From assembly GCA_964304625.1 (NCBI GenBank), contig OZ199839.1, positions 11,376,847 to 11,440,846 of the forward strand: a stretch of DNA of 64,000 nt, in the 5' to 3' direction. Positions 27,130-40,000 of the stretch are shown here, piece by piece. Positions within the stretch are counted from its first letter, which is position 1; each line of letters starts with the position of its first letter. The notes under the pieces were generated by a model, which saw nothing but the letters and a program-made list of their open reading frames with translations, had not been told where the DNA came from and searched no databases. A program made the translations under genes and the position numbers. The DNA is from Kudoa neothunni. Lineage: Eukaryota > Animalia > Cnidaria.

Positions 27130-27556
27130 GTTTACAAGGTAAAACCCCTGGCGCAACTTATTAGGTTGTGGAATTCTGGTTGGTCACACCTCTTCCAATA
27201 ACGCATTAGGCACCACAGGACATAACATGAAACCCCGCCCCTTATCTTTATGTGGTAGTGTGGGACTTTAACCTACTAAACATCCTTGTCTCTGGGCCGC
27301 TACCACCCAAACCCTGTCCTTTTAAAAGCCCTGGCTCTGTGGGACTGAAAATTACTTGCCTTTCGATGGGTTCCGGAGATTTAAACTCCTATTCACGCTC
27401 ATCTCACTTCGAAGCGAGCTTACGCTTTGACCACAGCTCCCAAATATGGGATAGAGGTCCACCGACACGGAAGCAGTAGTCTGACCACCGGCGGATTCGA
27501 ACCCATTACCTCAAGGTTCTGAGTCCAAGCGTCACACCGATGTGCTATCTGTCCTC
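27130..27556 (-). mobile_element. tRNA-derived SINE (~430 bp)
   Basis: Minus-strand head GAGGACAGATAGCACATCGG...GGTTCGAATCC has A-box and B-box, no proper acceptor stem. It is followed by a GC-rich body and a GGGGTTTTACCTT tail into an A-rich stretch. Confidence 0.7.
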
Positions 27557-27720
27557 GGCAAATGAATTTTCAGAATAGAAATTCTACCAGACTGGGTTAT
27601 CATAAATTATTGTCTGTTGCCCTTAATTATTTTTTTTAATTTCACTTATTAATATCATTAAATTAAAGAAATATTCATCATAAGGCTTTTACTCTTAATT
27701 GATTGGTTGTGCTTATTATA

Positions 27721-29076
27721 GGGTTTTCCGAGCTTTAGTGACATCATGTCAAGCTTTAGTGACACGGTATTTAAGATAGCTATATAATTAGGTAAAAAAA
27801 TACGAAAATATTACTTTAAATTTCGAATGAACAAAAAATAATAATTTGGGGAATTTGAAAAAGATATCCAAACACTATCGTATAATTTATACTTATTCTA
27901 AAATAATTTATCGGTTCAAACATCTGCTGATATATCGAAGCATTTTTCGATAATAACTTGAGCAGTCGTTGGTGGTAATAATTTTGAAACCATCATCTAT
28001 TAAATTTAAAAGGTCGCTTTCATTTCTCGCATGTCCTCTCACAACATGGTTTTTCCATTTGCTGAAAACATTTTCAATTGGATTCATGAAGGGTGAATAC
28101 GGAGGTAGATACATCAACGTTAGTTGTAACGTTGCTAAAATTTCGCTAAGTCCCCGATAATGATGTATCCTTGCATTATCGAGTATGAAGCATGGATCTT
28201 CAATTTCCAAAGAACGGCACAAATCTGCCAACTCAATGAGGAACTCTTTAAAATCTTCGCCATTTACTGATCTTCGATTTATTTTATATAGCACCATGCC
28301 ATACTTATTCATCGCTACGATGACGGATATGTTCCTTGACTTGACGGCTTTCACGTTTACATATGCTGATGTACCAGCAAGCGAACGACCCTGTCTTGTA
28401 CGTGACGATACATTGAAACCAACTTCGTCAATAAAAACAAAGTTGCTGCCTTCTGCCTCAAGCAATTTTGAATTGAACTCTTGGGCGTACACAAAACGTT
28501 TTTCCACTGTAACGTCAGAGTTTCTTCGTTCAGGAACAATGGTGAGCATTTTTAAAGAATAATGGAATTCTTTAAGGCATCTATTTATTGTGCTAACGCT
28601 AACACTCACGCCACATTCGTCTAATAATTTTTGACGAAGAGTCTCAAGGGTAATGGTGGCGTCCTCATCCACCCAACTTCTAATACGCAACTTTTGATCT
28701 TCATTGAGTTTTGAAGAAAAGTCACCACCCCTTTTTAATGACTTTTCTTTCCCATCAAGAAGATACGATTTTACAATTGAAGCAACAGTTTGTCGCTTAA
28801 TTCCAACATTTTCAGCGATGACGGCGTTGCTGTAACCCAATTCGCACTGATTAGCAATCATTTTCCTATCTCGGTCACTTATTGTTTGTCTCTTAAATTT
28901 GGTTCGAGTTTTCATTTGAGAATCGTCGCTATTATCTGTTTTTAAAGTTCATAAATATTAAACTAACGTGTAATGTTAAATTTATACCACTCATATTATT
29001 TTTATTCGATTAATTTACAATGTGAACGTAATTATAAGCTTAAATTACGCACGTGTCACTAAAGCTCGGAAAACCC
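27721..29076 (-). mobile_element. Apparently intact Tc1/IS630-superfamily DNA transposon (DD34E)
   Basis: Perfect 23-bp TIR GGGTTTTCCGAGCTTTAGTGACA at both ends, flanked by TA. Contains an uninterrupted transposase ORF. Confidence 0.93.
27908..28915 (-). CDS. Tc1/IS630-like DD34E transposase, 335 aa
   Basis: N-terminal HTH region; FVFIDEVG, FILDNARIH and LPPYSPFMNPIE motifs with 34 residues between the second D and E. Confidence 0.93.
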   Translation of the reverse strand: MKTRTKFKRQTISDRDRKMIANQCELGYSNAVIAENVGIKRQTVASIVKSYLLDGKEKSLKRGGDFSSKLNEDQKLRIRSWVDEDATITLETLRQKLLDECGVSVSVSTINRCLKEFHYSLKMLTIVPERRNSDVTVEKRFVYAQEFNSKLLEAEGSNFVFIDEVGFNVSSRTRQGRSLAGTSAYVNVKAVKSRNISVIVAMNKYGMVLYKINRRSVNGEDFKEFLIELADLCRSLEIEDPCFILDNARIHHYRGLSEILATLQLTLMYLPPYSPFMNPIENVFSKWKNHVVRGHARNESDLLNLIDDGFKIITTNDCSSYYRKMLRYISRCLNR

Positions 29077-29078
29077 TA

Positions 29079-31659
29079 TGTAACATTCAAAGTATTTTAA
29101 GGCCGTTTGCCCCCGATAGTGACTATTTGCGTTATAAATGTGTATGCGCGAGGATTAATGGATTTTTTTATTCCGCTTTTCATACCTTAGACGCCATATT
29201 ACTTAAAAAATAAAAACTAATATTAAAACTAACCATTTTTTGAGAAATCAATAAACTGAAAAAATTTTTTTTCATTTTTTATACTTAACATAGTTTCTTA
29301 TACATTTTGGTCTTCCTTTGACTCTTGTTGAAGAAATATTGAATACAAACCTTTCAGATGAGTTTTCTTTTATTTGGTAAACCGAATATACTGTTTTTTC
29401 TTCATTCTGTTTGAGAATGTTCTCCAAATCAGTGTAAAATGATTTATATTGGTTCCCTCCAAGGGAGTTTAATTGATTGAATATTTTTTCACATAACTGC
29501 TTGTTATCGTCGAATTTGGATTTTGAATTATTTTCAGGCAATTTGTGCAGGAAAATATTTGGGGAGTCAACTTTTGTGGGGCTTGTTAGGGGAGATAATT
29601 CGTCGTGATTTAATGGAATTTCATAATTTGAATGTTTAGATTCACTTTCATCACATAGTTGGTCAGTGTCGTTGTAAAACCACCTTCCAGTCCAGTACAA
29701 AGGGACTCTCCAGTTAAAAGATTAGATTTTAACATGGAAAATAAATGATTGCATGGAAGTGATAGCTGTTGATAAAATACACAATCACACTTGTATGTAT
29801 TGTCATTAAGATGCGTAACCATGGCCGAATTACCCAAAGTATGTACAAAATATATGTTACGTAGTTTCCAAATAGTCAAACATTGGAGATTCATTATTTC
29901 GTGTTTTATTTTATTGGAGGCAAACGTTGATAATTTGTTGATTATTTGTAAAGCATCTCCATCGATATTCTGGATTTTTGTTTTCATCACAGTCAATTCC
30001 CTTTTTATCAAACTATCACTACAGACGGCCTTACAATAATTTAGTATGCTATTTAATTGATTAACAAGCGATGACTTTGATAAAAATCGGTTTAATTTTC
30101 CGTGCTCTTGTTCCACCCTATTGTTGGTATTAGAGCCGAATGTTAAAACATCTAGTCGAAGAAAATGAGTCCACACTGGCTTGATGTTTAACCAATTTTT
30201 AACAGATATTAAAATATGGTGAATGAGTGTCAGTGATTTCATTGATTATACGGTAGAACGACTCACTACTCAACGCGTGTATAAGATTTTTGGAAATTCT
30301 TTTAACTTTTCTTTTTTACTTTTAAGTATTGACATGGCATCTAACGTGACTGTTTTTCTCTCCATTGCTTTATAAACATGGAAGGAATATAACAATATTC
30401 TTGTATGTGGAAAGCACTCTTTTAAGGCATTAAACTCGGTTGCATCCTTATCGATAAATGCAACACGAGTACCACTTATATTTTCCATCATTTTCACAAA
30501 AGCGGAAAATATTCCGGATACGATGGATTGGCATTCGTTCTTAACAAATGCGAAAAATATGGAACAAGTCTTTCCATTAATGTCGACAACCGCAAAATTA
30601 GAAAGCGGATAATGCCAGTCATTGACTTTATATGTTGCGTCAATGTGGATAACTTCCGAGAATTTTTGATAAAATTTTTTCAATGTTTTTGTGGTAAAAC
30701 ATATGTAATTTAGCTAGTCATCGTCATCTTGACAAACATATAACAGAATATCATCCCCATGTATATTATATAATTCATCAAAATTGTTTGAGAGTTTTGG
30801 TGATTTATATTTTAAATTTCTAACTTTTTTGAGATTAATGAGGATGTTTAGATCGGCTTCAAGTGATAACTTTTTTATTATCACATCCCCAATTAAGATA
30901 CTTCTCAAGATTCTCTTGAATGGACGTTGGTAATCTTTTGTTATGTTTAAAACATAGAATATTGAATCGTTCATGGTTGTGCATTATATTGTACTTTGAC
31001 ACGTACGTACAAATAGGTATCAGTACTAGAGATAATTATAAAAGCTTCGCAGCCATTAGCTAGTTGTGAGCTTGGTCTAATTATATTTTCTCGTAATTTT
31101 CTTTTATTTCCATGTGGACATATATATTTTATATAACGATATTGCAACTCGTTACAATCAGTTGACGAATACTTGATGCTTCTTCGGACACGATAACTAT
31201 AACCAGATTTCTATAAGGAATTTAAAATTGATCGTTCACTCATAACCTTGATGAAATATTCAAGAGACTGTTTCATCTCTGAATAAGAATAAAAACGACG
31301 TTGGAATAGCTTGTGTTCCTCCATGCTTATTCCGCGCGATAAGTTAACATAGCTCGTCTTTTCGGTTGAGCAAGTTGTCAAAAAATTTCTCTTATATTAT
31401 CTGTTCGTATTGCTATTGTATTTTTAACTTCTAAGAAAAGCTTTAATGCTACAAACGAGAAACTAATATGTTATGAACTCTATAAATATAATTGATGTCT
31501 GAAAAAGAACATAAAAATATATTGTATAGCATTAATACGTTTTCTTCAAGTAATATAGCGTCTAAGGCATGAAAAACGGAATAAAAAAGATAATCCATTA
31601 ATCCTCGCGCATACACATTTGTAGTGCAAATAGTCACTATCTTGTTCTCTATTGTTACC
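29079..31659 (-). mobile_element. Degenerate MULE with ~100-bp TIRs and SWIM-finger transposase
   Basis: Inverted repeat GATAGTGACTATTTG...TGTGTATGCGCGAGGATTAATGGA...CCTTAGACGC (from 29115) mirrored at ~31540-31641. Motifs IHIDATYKVN, FIDKDATE, TNNRVEQEH and SWIM CDC..PCNH. Confidence 0.88.
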
Positions 31660-31876
31660 ATTGGTTTTCTCCGGAAGGAGAAAGATTAAATGCGCATGCA
31701 AAAAATACATTAACCGCAATTTTTTATTGATATAAAACGCAAACTACCTCTAATTTTATTTTAATTTCCAATTATACGTTTTGGATATAGCTTCTAAATA
31801 AAATGTACCATAATAGGAACTATAATTCGAGCATATATCCTTCGATTTTTCCATTATTATTTCCTTCTTTTTGTTC

Positions 31877-33060
31877 TTATTTGTTGTATTTGGAATACCT
31901 AGCTGATACACAATTTCCTGTTTGACCAAACTTAATTTGCTCTTTTAGATTTGTGATGAGCGTGACTAATCCTGAATGTGATTGGTCAAAGCAGGAATAA
32001 AAGTGGCGATTGAATATTTCTGCGTTGTTAGATGTTAGTTTTACGTTGTTCATCACTCTTTGGTATGCATTCCATGATTCAATGGGATACTTTTTGCTTC
32101 TAATAAAGTTTTTTTCAAAGTATATTAAGAATAATTGAAGATTAGGAATCTGAAATTTTTCAGTTGAAGTACATAATTTTTTGAATTCAGCTTCAACAAA
32201 AACTTTAGGAACAAATGCGAGTGACATAACGCATTTAATGAAAATTTTTAAATCTAGGTCATCTTGGAATTCCTCGGAAAGTCCAAGTGATTGGATTTTT
32301 CGATAATTACATTGTCCAAAATGTAACAAACAGAATTGCACATCTTGTCTTGATGCTTTTCAAAAGAATTATATGCTGCTACTTCAGAGTCAATAATGAT
32401 TGATTTCTGTAACTCCATATTACCCTTTTCCTTGATTACTTCAATAATCTTCGTGTAATTTTTCTCAGACTTGTCCAACATTAAAACGAAAGCTAATGGA
32501 AAAACCCTGTTGAATACATTACTGTGAATAGCGTATAGTATATAACTGAAAAAAAATCCTTGGGCGAAACGTAAAAAGTTCTAACCGCAATCCAAAAATC
32601 TGAATTTTTCAGATGTAAAAGGTTTTTCTCTGTAGAAAAAATGATTATTCGGTTTTCGTCATCAGAACCTGAATCGAACAAACAATAGGATTCATCGCTT
32701 AGAGTCTTAATTTCATTACATAGATTTGTCGCTGGAATAATTTGAATATTTTTTCTTTTTCTTAAATTTCTTATGTTTTTATATACAAAAGATTTGGAAA
32801 TAATCGGTAATTCACTAATATTTGCTTTTCTGGTTGCAGTACTATACACCTTGTTTGTAGGATGTAAAGTAGTTTCTGCTAAGAATTTTATTTTATTGTG
32901 GAATATTTTTTTATTTTTGTCCTCCTCCGATACGACGTGATTGTGAAATCCAGTTTTTTCAATGTTTTCCGCATCATCAAGAGTTGTTATTCTTAATCTT
33001 CCTCTACACTGTCTAACTTGACACCTCCAATATTGAATTTCATTTTTTTTAGTAATCTTT
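31877..33060 (-). mobile_element. Degenerate FLYWCH-type MULE transposase remnant
   Basis: YWRCQVRQCRGRL..HNH (FLYWCH), RIIIFST, IIIDSEVAAYN, CLLHFGQC, MSLAFVP and TSNNAEIFNR in frameshifted ORFs. Confidence 0.8.
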
Positions 33061-33269
33061 GACGTAAAAATAATCTTTATAAAGCATCATGTCGGTATTT
33101 TTGGTAGTCTTAAGCATAATAATATCTTTATTTGAATTTCCACTCATCCTGTGTCCTTTAGCTACTCTTGTGCAGTTAATATGTGTTAAAAATGAGTTTT
33201 TTCATTATTTACGCTTGCAATCATTCTCCACCGGCACTATTTCTCCATACCGGTTTTCTCATTGAATTC

Positions 33270-33432
33270 CCTACGTTTCATTTAGTGTTGTTGCTTCAAG
33301 TTATATTCCTTTAATACAGAAACTGATTCGGGACAAAGCCAACAGACCGTTTTATCCACTGAATGCGTGAAGAAATATTTTTGAGTCCAATTATCATAAA
33401 AATCACGATTTTCATCATTAATTGTGCGCTTT
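33270..33432 (-). mobile_element. Short hAT (GTF2IRD2-like) transposase N-terminal fragment
   Basis: Translates as KRTINDENRDFYDNWTQKYFF...VCWLCPESVSVLKEYNLKQQH, similar to the N-terminus at ~45510-45660. Confidence 0.6.
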
Positions 33433-34706
33433 CAGGTGGACATTTACGTTTAACTAGCGCAATAGCCCCACTTCGCGTGAGTTTCCCTACCGGCCAAGTA
33501 GGCTAAAGTCTTGAGTAGACCAAGATCATTTGAAATTCAAAGTAAATTAAGAATATTTAGATAAATAGCATAGACTACTCAATTAACTGATGATTTATTT
33601 AACTTGTTGGACGCATGAACCTTATTTAATATTTCCTCTTTTGAGCTCCTAAAAAGCGATTTTCTTCTTGTTTTCAGTAATCTCTAAATCATACCAAACG
33701 AAACTGACTAATCTTGTTAAACATCAACAAATGAATTTCATATTAATGCTTAGCTACACAACCTAATATTACCTTCGTTATTTGAACTAATTCAATTACT
33801 AAATAACTTTTCAATCGTTTAAAAGTAAAATAAACATTATGGTACTTTTAAAATTAACTTTTAAAACATTAACGAAATGATCTATATGTTTGAATAAGTC
33901 CTCAAATCATACCACCCATATCATGTGAAAAGGTTTTTTATCATTTTGCGAAATGAAAATCTTTAATAATTTTTTACGTTGTTCCATTTAAAATTTAAAC
34001 TAAATAATTTATTTACGAATGAAAGAGGAATAAATTATCATTTTTATTTCGTATATTAATAAATAGTAAATAGTAGATTGAAACCATAAATTAATCTTCC
34101 ATAAAATTCATCCAATTACTATTCATTTAACAGACTTATTTCAGTTTCGATTGCACACAAATCGCCCATAAAATATTGTCGAGAGAGATCCTAATTATGT
34201 GGAATCGATACATTATGTACAAAGCATGCTTAGCCGTGTTATTAATTATTTAGCGCGAGAGAATAGGCTTATGTGTAACCGATAATATCAGATTTTCTAT
34301 CGTGGTTATCGTTATAATATTTATCAATAACAAGCTTGTTATTCGTAAAAGAGATAATCCGCAACAGCCGTACAATTTTTCCATTGACTCTAGACGTGAG
34401 TTTCGGACGCCCAATCGGGGAGTTCTGATCTAATTTGACCCTAGAAAGCTCACCAAAAAGGAGCCCATTGAGCTTTTGTGTAACTTTTTGTAAAAGATGA
34501 TAAAAACATACATAGAATGAATAGAGAGCCCCAACATAATAAAAAGATTTTCAAATATTATTAAGAAATTATGTTGTCTGTTTACAAAAGTCCATAATGA
34601 ATAATTTCAATCCGACAAAATGTTTTCCCCTCGAAAAATAGTATTTGAAGAAGATACACTATAGAAAATATATTTCGATTGGCAAAGAAATAAATTGGCT
34701 AGGTTG

Positions 34707-35745
34707 TTATTCCTTGATGATGATTAAGATATTCATGACACTTCCAACCATATTGAAACCGAGAAACATCCAGATACACCAAAAGGAAAAGCCATATTTA
34801 GCGTTAATGTCTTTTAAATCTAATAGATCTTCCTCCACATAATTTGTAAACATCGTCATAAGTATTGCGTATGCAATGAAGGCAAGATCTATAGTTTTAT
34901 CAATAGTATTAGGGAAATTGAAATTACTCATTAATGAGAAGCTACTACCCAAACATGCACGGTTAATACTTTTATATTTGTGACGAATGCTTAAAAACAG
35001 ACAGGCTACGCTTCCCAGTACAGTTAATATCCCAGCGAAATTTAGTGCATTGTGTATATGAATGTTCTTCGAAACTATATAATTTATGAGGATTACCAAT
35101 TACCAATATAACTTACATAATTTTTCGGGGAATTTTGACCACATAAATCCTTCACAGTTTATTTCTAAATGTTGGTTATGTTAACCTCTTTGAAGTGGTA
35201 TAAAGTAGAACATTTTTAATGCGTTAAACATGAAAAATATATATTAATGAATAAATAGTTATTGTCATCTGTATACAGATTTATTTTTTAATTAGTTAAA
35301 AATAAGATCTACGAATATTTTGACTCAATGTTAACAATAAATATAATTCCAATTCATATATGTTAACATTTAGCCGACGCGTCATACTGTAACTTTCCTT
35401 GAGAACAATTTCATGATATCTCTCTTTATAAACGACATCTTTAAAAAGTGGAAACCCGATGACATAATAATCACCTGGTTCAGACACAAAAACTGTTGCT
35501 AACTCAGTGCACGCACAGGAATTTATCGGTTTTATATGCCTGCAAATTGCAATAACACCTATGCTGAAAGAATAGATTCCAGATTCATGAGACATAACCA
35601 TAAGTGTTTGTGAAAAAGCTGCCACAATTAAACCAATGGTGGCCAATAAGATAAGCACTTGTCCGGTTGTTCCAAGCAAATTAATAAACTATTTTCACGT
35701 TAGCAAATCACTAATAATAAAATTTTTTACATTCGGAAATAACAT
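34707..35745 (-). CDS. Claudin/PMP22-like four-TM membrane protein, paralog 3
   Basis: MLFPN micro-exon, FINLLGTTGQVLILLATIGLIVAAFSQT...SIGVIAIC...CAC, exon EINCEGFMWSKFPEK, last exon ...KYGFSFWCIWMFLGFNMVGSVMNILIIIKE*. Confidence 0.72.
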
Positions 35746-36479
35746 TTGGAGTGAAATTAATTGAGTATTATAAGGATCATTAACACCATTATTGTTTAGA
35801 TTTGTTTATCAAATACTTCACTTTACACACATATATTAAATTATTTCAAATTTTATGACTATGAATTAAATTGCTGCAACTAAACATATTAAATTATTGT
35901 ATAATGAAACAGTCAAGGGTTAAAGTAAGAGATTATTATTTATAGATATATTTTTAAATCTTATAAAATAAATGTATTGACCAAAAATATGATTTAAATG
36001 AAATAAATATGATTTATATTTAAAAGCTCCATATAAAATAAAATTAATTTTAATCCGTGCTAAAAATGGTTAAACGTAAATCTCAAAAACATGAAATAAA
36101 CTAAAATATTATATAAAATTTGTTGAAGCCTTATTTTAGAATAATATAATTGATAAAATAAAACAATATTTTTTTGAAATTAAAATCGCATCTGGGTTAG
36201 AATTTGATTAATCAAATTAAATTTACGTAAACAAGCTTACTTTTTATAATAATTCGAGAATTAATACGACGATTATTAACAAAATGTTTATTCCACATCA
36301 AAAACTTTGGTTAGGATTAATAGGATTGAATAACCTTCAGATATAAGATTTGAAGTTGATCTATCTTAAAGAATTTTTTTATATGAACAAACATAAAATG
36401 ATGGTTATTGACGCGTCAATGAAATTTTCTAAAAATTTGAACTATTTAAAGTTATTAATCCTTTATCTAATGTATCTGT

Positions 36480-36810
36480 TGGGTTCAAGAATCGTTACGA
36501 TGAGCTCACACTTTCAATTCCCCATAAATAATCTCTTCTCATTAACCATTTCCAATAAAAAATAATCGAGTACAATTTCCAATTCATCCCATCACTCCAA
36601 GGACGCTCATTTTCCTTTTTTATATCCAAAATCCAATTCTCAACAAAATGGCTAAAGAAATTATTCAAGTAACCACCCACACCTCACATTCTTGTTATGA
36701 GAAACGATTCCACCCGTACCATCCCACAATTCTCATAACGCGGTTGAGACGTTAAAAACCGCATCACCTATATAATCAAAGCTTTTTTATTAATCCGGAT
36801 CTAATGGTTT
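36480..36810 (-). pseudogene. Possible highly decayed non-LTR (LINE) reverse transcriptase fragment
   Basis: Weak motif echoes DY*KSFDY and EIVLDYFL, resembling RT D..KAFD and FNIVLD..L. Confidence 0.3.
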
Positions 36811-36959
36811 TATTCAGCGTTGTTTCCCTAATCGTAATTTTTCTGTGCGCGTACACAACAATATCATTTCCTTCCTACTATATGAAGTATTTGTGTCCGT
36901 GCGTGTGTATGTGTACACACAAATCTTTTCCTTATACAGAGACTTTTTAGAATATTTGG

Positions 36960-37057
36960 TGTTACCAAGGTGATTATTAGTAATCAACCGTTTAGTATTC
37001 CTAGTTCGATATATATCGTAGCTTTTAATAATATGGCCTCTATGCATGCAGCTAACA
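36960..37057 (+). repeat. 5' LTR (98 bp)
   Basis: Exact direct repeat of 40781-40878. Contains palindrome CGATATATATCG (37007-37018). Confidence 0.97.
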
Positions 37058-40000
37058 TTGGCGCAGTGGCTAAAGTGGAACCTTTTAATGGACGGAATGT
37101 TGATGCTTGGATAGCAAAACTGGAGATACTATTGCTGCATGACGGAATTCTACCTGAGAGGTGGACGTTAGAGTTGCTTGTATTATTATCGGCTGACGTA
37201 TTCCAAATTGTTCAGGAGGCTGGATACACAATAAATTCATCCTACCACGAAATAAAGGCTTATTTAACAGCAAGATTTGGTGAGAAAAAAGATAGATACG
37301 TGGCACAGAGAGAATTGGTGGATTGTGTGCAGAGAGAAGGGCAAACAATAACTGAGTTTGCGGAAGAAATCAGGAGGAAAACCCGATTGGCTCACAGCAA
37401 TATCCCTGAGAATGCAAAGGAAGAGATCGCAAAAAACCAGTTCATACATGGTTTGAGTAACAGCGAAACGAAAAGAACTTTGCTTGTGAAGGATTTTGAG
37501 TCATTCGATTTGGTATACCAATTCGCGGAACGTTTAGAATTCGCTGCGAGCAAATTTAACACCCGCGCCGAAAACGGAAGGAATGAAGTTTTGGCTATGG
37601 ATTCGCAAAATATTATCCAAAGATTGATCGACCGCCTGGATGAGTTGGAAAAGACACTCGTAAAAAAGAAGAAGACGCTGAGATGCTTCAAATGTGGCCA
37701 GAAAGGACACATAAAAAACAATTGCAAACTATATGAATCTAGTGGTTTTAAATATGTGGATTTTTTATTTCTGCATTGCCATATTAATGGAAAAGATATT
37801 AGAGCATTAATTGATACAGGAGCGCAAGTTTCCTTGGTTAGTTTATCATTTGTCAATAAGAGCGGTATTCCTCTGCTGAGGGCGAAGGATGAGTTACCAC
37901 TGGTGGCAGCCACAGGAAATAGACTAAATATCAAAGGAACCATAGACGTGTCACTTCAGTATAATGGGAAAGAGTGTAGACAAAAGTTATTAGTTGTCGA
38001 AAATTTGATACATGATTGTATCATTGGTCTCAATATTTTGAAAGTATGGAATTTTGAGCTTATAATTGACAGTGAACGTATATCAAATAACGTTGAGAAA
38101 CCTATAATAGCTCCCGTTATCGGTAATTGTGGAATCAAGTCAATGACGAGAAAAGTAGCTGTGGTGCATAAAATTGATACAAACAATACCAAACCAATAA
38201 AAGATTTTAAAAGAAGAATACCATACCACAAAAGAAAACAAATGAATGAGATAATTAGTTCAATGCTGGAGCGTGGTATTATTGAGGAATCTAATTCGGA
38301 TTGGGCTTTCAATTCTGTTTTGGTTCCAAAGAAAAATGGAAAGTGGAGATTATGTGTTGACTATAGAAGGTTAAACGCAGTGACAGTGAAAGATTCATAT
38401 CCACTTCCGAGGATTGATGATGTCATGGATACATTGGGTAATGCTAATGTATTCACGGTGTTAGATTTGAAAGATGGATACCATCACATACCTATAGATA
38501 TTAAAGATAAACAAAAGACCGCATTCTATGGTGTTGATGGTTTGTATCAATTTGTCAAGATGCCGTTTGGACTGTGCAATGCACCAGCCACTTTTCAAAG
38601 GATGATTAACCTGATTTTGAAAGAATGTATTGGTGTCTGTTGTCTTGTGTATCTTGATGATATAATTATATTCAGTAAAGATTTGGAAACTAACAAAAAT
38701 GACGTGAGGAAAATTGTTACATTATTAGAGTTGTATAACTTGAAAATTAATAACGAAAAATCAGTTTATTACAAAAGCGAAGTTACATTTTTGGGACATG
38801 TTATCAATGCTGATGGAATCAAACCAGATAAAAATAAAGTGAAAGCAATTAAAAATTGGCCTACCCCAACGAAAATTGTTGAATTACAATGTTTCCTTGG
38901 TTTGCTTAACTATTATAGAAGATTCATTGATAAATTCTCTCAAATTTCGAATCCTCTGTGTCGTTTGTTACGGAACGACGTACCGTGGAATTGGTCGCCA
39001 GAATGTCAAAAATCATTTGATATGCTAAAAAAGAAATTAATGGAATGTGTATTGTTGGCACATCCGAATTGGAATGAATCATTTATTTTGGATACTGATG
39101 CCAGTAATCAATCTATTGGAGCAGTTTTGTCGCAAGTAATTGATGGGGAGGAGCGAGTGGTCGCTTTCGCTAGTAGATCGTTATTAGATCGAGAAAGGAA
39201 TTATAGTGTTACGAGAAAAGAACTCTTGGCTCTGGTTCATTTTATAAATCATTTCAAATTTTACCTCCATGGAAAAAAATTCTTAGCGAGAACTGACCAC
39301 CATGCGTTGAAGTGGCTATTGTCTTTTAAAAAGCCAGAAGGTCAGGTAGCTAGATGGTTGGAGCATTTGAGTCAATACGAATTCGATGTTGTTTACAGAG
39401 AAGGTAAGATGCATGGAAATGCAGATGCTTTATCTCGAGTTCCTGAAATAACCCAAGCTTTGGCTCTATCGATACAAGGATTATCAAATGATGTTATTAT
39501 CAATAGACAACGCAATGACGCCATTCTGAATAAAATTATCGGCTGGATTGAGAGTAATCGAATGCCAAAGAAGGTTCCTAAAGAGTTGGATAAACGGATA
39601 CAAACATTATGGCTGTTGAGGAAATGCTTACGCTTGGATAATAGTATTCTATGTAGAGAATTTGTTGACCCTAAAACAAAGGAAGTTACATTACGTGTTG
39701 TGATACCTGAAAGCCTAAAATCAATGATATTGGAGTTGGCACATGATAATGTTACAAGTGGTCATCTAGGACATGAAAAAGTTGCCCAAAATATACGCAG
39801 AAACTATTATTGGCCATTACAAAATGTGGATATAAAAAATTGGTGTCAATCCTGTGAAATATGCGCTCGGAGGAACCGACCCACCAGAAAGTTTGTATCA
39901 GAAATGGATACAAGTGTGTCAAGTTATCCGATGGAACGGATTGCTATTGATATGGTTGGACCGTTACCCACTACATATAAGGGGAATCGATTCATTTGTG

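Noticed and set aside
27478-27556. Functional tRNA-Leu(CAG) gene
   Set aside because: No paired acceptor stem, no long variable arm, and it continues into a SINE-like body.
36970-37032. ORF-track start at 36970 for the polyprotein
   Set aside because: It is a GTG inside the LTR, likely upstream of the TSS; the first ATG is 37033.
37059-37069. PBS TGGCGCAGTGG matches the Pol III A-box consensus
   Set aside because: No B-box downstream at a suitable distance. Position 1 nt after the LTR and the TGG start are fully explained as a PBS.
37085-38312. Antisense ORFs over the Gypsy polyprotein (and similar ones over Tc1)
   Set aside because: Shadow ORFs with no recognisable motifs.
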